DNA from: Polyangiaceae bacterium
GTDB lineage: Bacteria; Myxococcota_A; Polyangia; Polyangiales; Polyangiaceae
Length of the DNA stretch: 64,000 nucleotides
Assembly (NCBI GenBank): GCA_044376115.1
Contig: JBILLK010000024.1
Coordinates: 1 to 64,000, forward strand
Direction: 5' to 3'
Shown here: in pieces, positions 58,400 to 64,000 of the stretch
Layout of the letters: each line of letters opens with the position of its first letter
Position numbering within the stretch: position 1 is the first letter of the stretch
Made by a program: the position numbers and the translations under genes
The notes under the pieces: model-generated
What the model was told of the DNA's origin: nothing
The model's input: only the letters and a program-made list of their open reading frames with translations
Database searches by the model: none

Positions 58400-60937
58400 A
58401 TGGCGGGGGCTGAAACCACGACGCGGATCGCGTTGAAGAACGAGGAGGAGGACGCGCGGCAGGACCGCACGATGACCGCCGCCCCTGGCGCAGCCTCGTC
58501 GACTCGCGTTGCGCAGGGCGCGCTTGAGTTGCCCAGCCGCTACCAAGACCTCGGCCGCATCGCGGCGGGCGGCTTTGGCGAAGTCCGCCGCGTGCGCGAT
58601 CTCGAGCTCGATCGCGTGGTGGTGATGAAGCTCCTGCGCGCCGATAGAGTGTCCGCCAAGGGCACGAGCGAGACGCGCTTCTTCGAGGAGGCTCGGCTCA
58701 CCGCGGGCCTCGAACATCCGGGCATCGTCAGCGTCCACGACCGAGGTCGACTGGAAGACGGCCGCCTGTGGTTCACCATGCGCGAGGTGCGCGGGCGCAC
58801 GCTCACCGAGGTGATCGAGGAGGTGCACGCAGCCGCGCCGACAGACGACTGGAGCGAGAGCTCCTCCGGCTGGACCTTCCGTCGGCTGATCGACACCTTC
58901 GGTCGCGTGTGCCAAGCGGTGGCGTACGCGCATCGCCGCGGCATCGTTCACCGCGATCTGAAGCCCGACAACATCATGGTCGGAGAGCTCGGTGAGGCGC
59001 TGGTGATGGATTGGGGGTTAGGCCTTCACCTTACGCTCGATATGTCTGTAGAAGGCCCGCCGGATAGTGAAGTAGAGGTCGAGGACGTGGCTCGTCTAAC
59101 TCGCTATGGCGATGTGCTCGGCACGCCCGCGTATATGCCCCCAGAGCAAGCCGCAGGCGCGCGGGATCTGCATGGCTTCGCCAGCGATGTGTACTCGCTC
59201 GGCGCGGTGCTCTATCAGGCGCTCGCTGGGCGTCCACCGTATCAAGGGGTCAGTGCCAGCGCCGTCGTTCGCCAAGTGCTCGCCGGCCCACCCCAAGCCA
59301 TCCCGCTGGTCGCCGCCGGACGCTCGATGCCCGCGGAGCTCGTCGCGATCAGCGAGCGCGCGATGGCCCGCTCGATCACCGATCGTTACCGCGACGCCGA
59401 GGCGCTCTCGGTCGACGTGCTGGCCTGGCTCGACGGCGCGCACCGCCGCAGCCGTGCGCTCGCCGTCGTGGAGAAGGCGCGCTCGCTCGCGCCGGAACTG
59501 ACGCGGGTGCGCGCCGCGATCGGCGAGCGGCGAAGGCAAGCAGCGACGCTGCTCGACGGCGTGCGGACCTTCGATCCGGTCGAGCGCAAGGCGCCGGCGT
59601 GGGCGCTCGAGGATGAAGCGATGGAGCTCGAGGTGGCGGCGGCGGCTCGCGAGACCGAGATGGTCAGCGCACTGCAAGGCGCGCTCACGCTGGACCCCGA
59701 TCTCGCGGAGGCCCACGAGGCGCTGGCCGAACACTACAAGAGCGCGCTGCTCGAGGCCGAGCGCGCCCATCGACCGGCCGACGCCGCGCGCGCCGAATCG
59801 CTGCTGCGCATCCACGACCGCGGCCGCTATGGCGCCATTCTGCGCGGTGAAGGCGCTCTCACGCTGGTGACCGAACCGGCCGGCGCAAAGGTAACGTTGG
59901 AGCGCTTCGTCGAACGCGGACGGCGTTTGGTCGCAGAGCCGGCGGGCGAGCTGGGAACGACGCCGCTCTGCGAGGTCCCGCTGCAAAAAGGCAGCTACCT
60001 GCTGCGCCTAACGCTGCCTGGCCACGCCGAAGTTCGTTACCCCGTGCTGATCGAGCGCGGCGGCCATCATGACGGTTGTGCGCCCGGCGACACGGAGCCC
60101 CACGCGATCGCCTTACCGCGCGAGGGCGAACTCTGCGAAGACGACTGCTACGTGCCTGCGGGGTGGACCCTCATTGGCGGGGATGATCTGACCTCCGACA
60201 GTTTGAGTGAGCGCCGCGTTTGGCTCCCAGACTTCGTCATCCGCCGCTTCCCCGTCACGACGCGGGAGTACTTGGTTTTCCTGAATGATCTGCTCGAACG
60301 CGGTGACGAAGCAGGCGCGCTCGCTGCGTGTCCGCGCGCACCGCTCGGGTTGGCGCAGGGCGGGCAAGCGGCGGCATTCGCCCGAGATGCGCGCGGGCGA
60401 CTCGTTCTGCCGCCTGAGCATGAGGCTTCGGGGGGACTCGAGTGGCCGATCGTGTTGGTTGATTGGTATGCAGCGTGTGCCTACGCCGCGTGGTTTGCAG
60501 CGCGAACGAAGCAGGCGTGGCGGCTTCCGAATGAGCTCGAGCGCGAGAAGGCGACGCGCGGTGTCGACGGCCGCTATCTGCCGTGGGGGGACTTCATCGA
60601 GCCGATGTTCGCCCGTGTTCTTGGATCGTGCGCCGAAGAACCCACGATTGCGCCGGTGGATGGCCATCCCATTGATGAGAGCGTCTACGGCGTTCGGGGC
60701 CTCGCCGGCAACACCCGAGACTGGTGCGAGAACGTCTGGGCGCACGACGGACCAACCACCCATGAAGGCGCTTTGGTGCGCTCGCCCGCTCGGCGTGACG
60801 ACGACGACTTCCGAGCGATCCGGGGCGGAGCATGGGCCAGCACCGTGGCGCACGGCCGAGCCGCAGCACGTTTTGCGCTGCGGCCCGACATGGTGCGATC
60901 CGTTGTTGGGATCAGGCTGGTGCGGTCCTTGGGGTGA
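58400..60937 (+). CDS. Hanks-type Ser/Thr kinase fused to PEGA-like and FGE-sulfatase-fold domains
   Basis: GGFGEV, VMK, HRDLKPDN, DWG, GTPAYMPPEQ, SDVYSLG; then EPAGAKV..LGTTPL; then WRLPNELEREK, LAGNTRDW, RGGAW and GIRLVR. Confidence 0.93.
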   Translation: MAGAETTTRIALKNEEEDARQDRTMTAAPGAASSTRVAQGALELPSRYQDLGRIAAGGFGEVRRVRDLELDRVVVMKLLRADRVSAKGTSETRFFEEARLTAGLEHPGIVSVHDRGRLEDGRLWFTMREVRGRTLTEVIEEVHAAAPTDDWSESSSGWTFRRLIDTFGRVCQAVAYAHRRGIVHRDLKPDNIMVGELGEALVMDWGLGLHLTLDMSVEGPPDSEVEVEDVARLTRYGDVLGTPAYMPPEQAAGARDLHGFASDVYSLGAVLYQALAGRPPYQGVSASAVVRQVLAGPPQAIPLVAAGRSMPAELVAISERAMARSITDRYRDAEALSVDVLAWLDGAHRRSRALAVVEKARSLAPELTRVRAAIGERRRQAATLLDGVRTFDPVERKAPAWALEDEAMELEVAAAARETEMVSALQGALTLDPDLAEAHEALAEHYKSALLEAERAHRPADAARAESLLRIHDRGRYGAILRGEGALTLVTEPAGAKVTLERFVERGRRLVAEPAGELGTTPLCEVPLQKGSYLLRLTLPGHAEVRYPVLIERGGHHDGCAPGDTEPHAIALPREGELCEDDCYVPAGWTLIGGDDLTSDSLSERRVWLPDFVIRRFPVTTREYLVFLNDLLERGDEAGALAACPRAPLGLAQGGQAAAFARDARGRLVLPPEHEASGGLEWPIVLVDWYAACAYAAWFAARTKQAWRLPNELEREKATRGVDGRYLPWGDFIEPMFARVLGSCAEEPTIAPVDGHPIDESVYGVRGLAGNTRDWCENVWAHDGPTTHEGALVRSPARRDDDDFRAIRGGAWASTVAHGRAAARFALRPDMVRSVVGIRLVRSLG

Positions 60938-60946
60938 CCGAGCTAG

Positions 60947-62392
60947 CTACTTCCCGCTTGGGCCACCGCTGTAGGTGGCACAATTACCTGAAGGCAGCGT
61001 TCCCGGTACGGTGAAGTCCACAGGCGTTGTCGTTCCAAGGTAGTTGCTGGTTGTGGTCTGTGCCGTGTTGGCGACCCAATCGAGAGTTCCTCCCCAGGTC
61101 GTGCCGGTCAGCGTGAGATTCCAGCCGACGCCGAAGTCAGCTGTAATCTGGAGATAGCTGGTCAGCGTCGACGCGGGCGCAACCAGGTTGTCCAACGTCA
61201 CCCGCGTATTCTTGAAGTTGAAAGCACTTCCACTTTTCGGATCGACTGGCGTCGAGCCCCAATCCACGTCGGTGAAGGTGAGGGACCTTGGCTGAGTGGC
61301 GCTCGTCATCCACCAATACTCTTTGCCCACTGCGTAGTTGTTGCCCCTGCTGAAGGCCTGAGCCACCTGGGTCACGAGGGTCTCGGCAACGGGGCTCCCG
61401 GTCCCGTTGCTACCGGACCACCAGGTGTAGAGCCGGTAGCCCTGCGACTTGGTGCCCGGGTCAAGCTGAATGTGGCGTCGATCCGCATTCGGGTGAACCG
61501 CCGTGTTCCCACCGAGGTCTCCCAGGACCTGCGTGCCGCCTTTGTACTGCGGCCAGATCTGCGGGGTTTGGTCGAAGTCGAGCGCCTCGAGCAGCGCCGT
61601 CGCCTTCTTGATTAGCTGCCAATAGGAGAGCGTCATCGGTACGTTGCTGCCGACCTGCTGGGCGACCCATTGGTTGGCCACCGAGAGCAGCGCCCAGGTG
61701 AAGGCGCCGTGCGGTGCACCGGCGAACCAGGACTGTTGGGCTTGCTCGCCGGGCGCGCAGGCTGAGAGCACGAGAGCGCCGATCTGAAGGTCTTTGTCGA
61801 AGGTCGCCTGCTGGATCGGATCGCCGCCGAGGCTGGTCGTCGGCCTGTTTTGCGTGCCGGGCTGCGGCGTGCCGTGGCAGCAGTCGAGCACCACGGTGAG
61901 GTTGGCTGCAGCCTTCGGTCCGAGCCGCGCGCCGAGCTCTTTGAACGAGATGGTGTTGCCGAGCTCCGAGGTGGTGTCGCTCGGACAAAGCAAGAGGCCC
62001 TTCTCCTCGGTGTGCGCGCCGTGGCCCGAATACCAAAGCAGGCCCTTGTTGCCGGCCTCGAGCTCGCCGCGCAGCCAATCAATTTGTTCGTAAATGCCCT
62101 TCTGCGTCGTGTCTCCGAGGTCGGCGCGCAACAGCGCGTTGCCCGGGCTCGCGACGTCTTTGCTGGCGGTCTTGATTCGCTCCGGGCGCATACCCAAGAA
62201 GGCGCAGCACTGCCCGACGGCGTAGGCATCTTGCGCGCCGCCCTTGAGGTTCTTCGCGCCGGAAGGATCAAACGCGCTGTAGTCGTTGATGCCGATGATC
62301 AGCGCACAGGCGGTGCTGTGAAAGGGCGTCGCCGCCGCGGCTGCGCGTTCCTTCTCCGTCACGTCGTTTGCAAGCGTCGTCTCGTCACTCAT
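60947..62392 (-). CDS. Caspase-like (peptidase C14) protein with an unknown C-terminal domain
   Basis: ALIIGINDY, catalytic dyad YSGHG / LDCCH, LSAC...E.A, HGAFTWALL and QTPQ. RBS AGGAG. Confidence 0.9.
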   Translation of the reverse strand: MSDETTLANDVTEKERAAAAATPFHSTACALIIGINDYSAFDPSGAKNLKGGAQDAYAVGQCCAFLGMRPERIKTASKDVASPGNALLRADLGDTTQKGIYEQIDWLRGELEAGNKGLLWYSGHGAHTEEKGLLLCPSDTTSELGNTISFKELGARLGPKAAANLTVVLDCCHGTPQPGTQNRPTTSLGGDPIQQATFDKDLQIGALVLSACAPGEQAQQSWFAGAPHGAFTWALLSVANQWVAQQVGSNVPMTLSYWQLIKKATALLEALDFDQTPQIWPQYKGGTQVLGDLGGNTAVHPNADRRHIQLDPGTKSQGYRLYTWWSGSNGTGSPVAETLVTQVAQAFSRGNNYAVGKEYWWMTSATQPRSLTFTDVDWGSTPVDPKSGSAFNFKNTRVTLDNLVAPASTLTSYLQITADFGVGWNLTLTGTTWGGTLDWVANTAQTTTSNYLGTTTPVDFTVPGTLPSGNCATYSGGPSGK

Positions 62393-62680
62393 TCGAGGAT
62401 CTCCTGGTCGATTGATTTGTGCCCCATCCGTCGAGGCCGACTCAATGTCGCTCGCTGGCGGGAAAGGTGTACTTCGCCGATATTTCCGCTGGCCGTTGTG
62501 CCGCCAAGCAGGCGTCACTCGGCCGTGCCAGGCCGCCGCGCAACTCGCCACACAGCGGCTTCCGCTACCCCAATCTGACGCCTCTCTGGCGCCACGACCC
62601 CCAACGCTCAGTGACACCAGCTTGGCATCAGCCGTGGCAGCCTACTCAAGAAAGGCGTCTTTCTGGAGACTTTAGCTCCC

Positions 62681-62872
62681 CTACGCGCTGCGCATTCCCC
62701 AGAGCCATCCGAGTTCGAGCTCCACTTGATCGAACGGCTCCGCGCGAACGAGCGCGTCATCGCTGAAGGTGTGGATCAACCTGTAGGTCGCGCCATCGAG
62801 GGAGAGGACCTCGAGCGTTTGTGCTTCCGGATCCACGAACCAAAGATGAGCGACTTGTTCGCGTGCGTAGAC
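62681..62872 (-). pseudogene. C-terminal remnant of a Uma2 (DUF820) endonuclease
   Basis: VYAREQVAHLWFVDPEAQTLEVLSL...VRAEPFDQVELELGWLW. The upstream PD..EVLSPS catalytic part is not found. Confidence 0.75.
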
Positions 62873-62996
62873 CCCGCACGACGCCGGGCCATGCACCGGC
62901 GCACGACTGCGCGCACGGCTTTGGTTTCCGGGGCGTAGACCTTGGTCCCTTCGGTGAGCACGGTGGAGTCCTCGGCGTACTTGAGCCATCGCGGGC

Positions 62997-64000
62997 TCAT
63001 TCGAACTCATCGGCGATGAACAGCTTGCCGAGCTTCACCGAGTTGGTCTTGCGATCGACGGCGCCGGTGATGGTGAACAGGCTGGTCTTGCCGTCGCCGT
63101 CGAGATCGCCCTCGGCCGAGATCTCAAAGCCGTCTTTGCCCGGGTTGGGGCCACCGCGCCCTGGGCCTTTGTAGCCGCCACCTCGGCGATAGTCGTATTG
63201 GTAGAACTGCGGCCCGACCATCGAGAACTTGAGACACTTCCAGCCTGCCAGCGGTGAACCCGTTTCGTAGTCGCGACCCTTCTCGGACGAAGGCTGATAC
63301 TTAGCGCCCTTCGGCACGGTCGCCGGCACAGCTTGCGCGGACTCGCAAAGCCTGTGTATCGGTGCGCCCGCCGCGTTGAGCGAGGCCGCATCCGATCCCT
63401 CCCGCTCGAAGGCTTGTTGAGCCCCTCGTGCGATCGCGAAAACGGAGCCCTTGGCCTCGGCGGTCTTGGAGGCCGCGAGGTAGCGTTTTGTACCGTAAAT
63501 GGCGAGCGAACTGAGCGTGCCGATGCCCGAGGCGATGGCCGTTTCGCCCGACATATGCACGCCCAGATCGAGCCCCTGCGTGTTCGGCCGGAGCAACAGC
63601 TCGGCGAAGGCGGTGGACTCGTTGGCCGCGACAGTTCCTTGGGCAGCCTCGGGCGGAAGCAGCTTTTGCAACAGCGCGAAATCGGCGAAGGCCAGCAGCT
63701 GCTGCTGGGTCGCCACGCGGGCGCGACCACTGCTGAAGCCGCGCCCGTCTCCCAGCTTGGCCTTCGGCTTGCGGGCGGAGGCCAACATCGCCGGGACGAA
63801 GGCGGTGCCACCGACCACGATCAACACCCGACCCTTCTCGGCCACGACCTCCAATCGAGTTTCACTGTCTCCCAACGAAACGGCGCCCGGCGAGACCTTG
63901 GGCGACTTGCTCTTGTTGTTGGCCACCGCCGCGCCGAATACGTCCACCGCCGTCTTCGCGAGCGCGTCGTCACGCGTCGCGATCGCGATCACCAGCGCGC
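62997..64000 (-). CDS. Protein (5' end outside the window) ending in a myxobacterial type IV pilin-like domain
   Basis: IGTLSSLAIYGTKRYLAASKTAEAK...LC.SA..VP...KYQP...GWKCLKF....YQY.Y...AEGDLDGDG..S.F. Confidence 0.75.
   Translation of the reverse strand, partial: ALVIAIATRDDALAKTAVDVFGAAVANNKSKSPKVSPGAVSLGDSETRLEVVAEKGRVLIVVGGTAFVPAMLASARKPKAKLGDGRGFSSGRARVATQQQLLAFADFALLQKLLPPEAAQGTVAANESTAFAELLLRPNTQGLDLGVHMSGETAIASGIGTLSSLAIYGTKRYLAASKTAEAKGSVFAIARGAQQAFEREGSDAASLNAAGAPIHRLCESAQAVPATVPKGAKYQPSSEKGRDYETGSPLAGWKCLKFSMVGPQFYQYDYRRGGGYKGPGRGGPNPGKDGFEISAEGDLDGDGKTSLFTITGAVDRKTNSVKLGKLFIADEFE

Noticed and set aside
60810..60937. DGR variable region at the end of the FGE/CLec-fold domain
   Set aside because: No template repeat or reverse transcriptase was seen in the window. 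A remote TR cannot be excluded without a genome search.

Overview
A GC-rich window (about two-thirds G+C by eye), most likely from a myxobacterium (Myxococcota, Polyangiales-like). This assignment rests on an MXAN_5187-type protein, a MYXO-CTERM-anchored M36 protease and many lipoproteins with Gly-rich linkers. Housekeeping content includes purS, purC, mdh, trxB, mpl, guaD, a family-4 UDG, an M3 oligoendopeptidase, a MacAB-like ABC exporter and a 6S RNA with its promoter and terminator. Five signals are not explained by the ORF track. (1) A divergent HUH/Y1 (RAYT-like) nuclease gene is followed by four copies of a strictly 45-bp palindromic element (GTCCCATA-N8-TCGYYCNGAACGA-N8-TATGGGAC). Two more copies lie about 43 kb away, and one copy is split by a 68-bp insert flanked by a GAAC duplication. 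(2) A conserved upstream motif with 11-bp-spaced direct repeats precedes two lipoprotein genes, and in degenerate form a caspase-like gene, all around an FHA-HTH regulator / Ser-Thr kinase pair. (3) A 1.5-kb insertion is flanked by two copies of the purC 3' end that differ only at synonymous sites. (4) A zeta-toxin-like gene appears reduced to 53 aa by an in-frame internal deletion. (5) A DHH-type protein has its motifs in permuted order. All family assignments come from motif recognition by eye; no searches were run.
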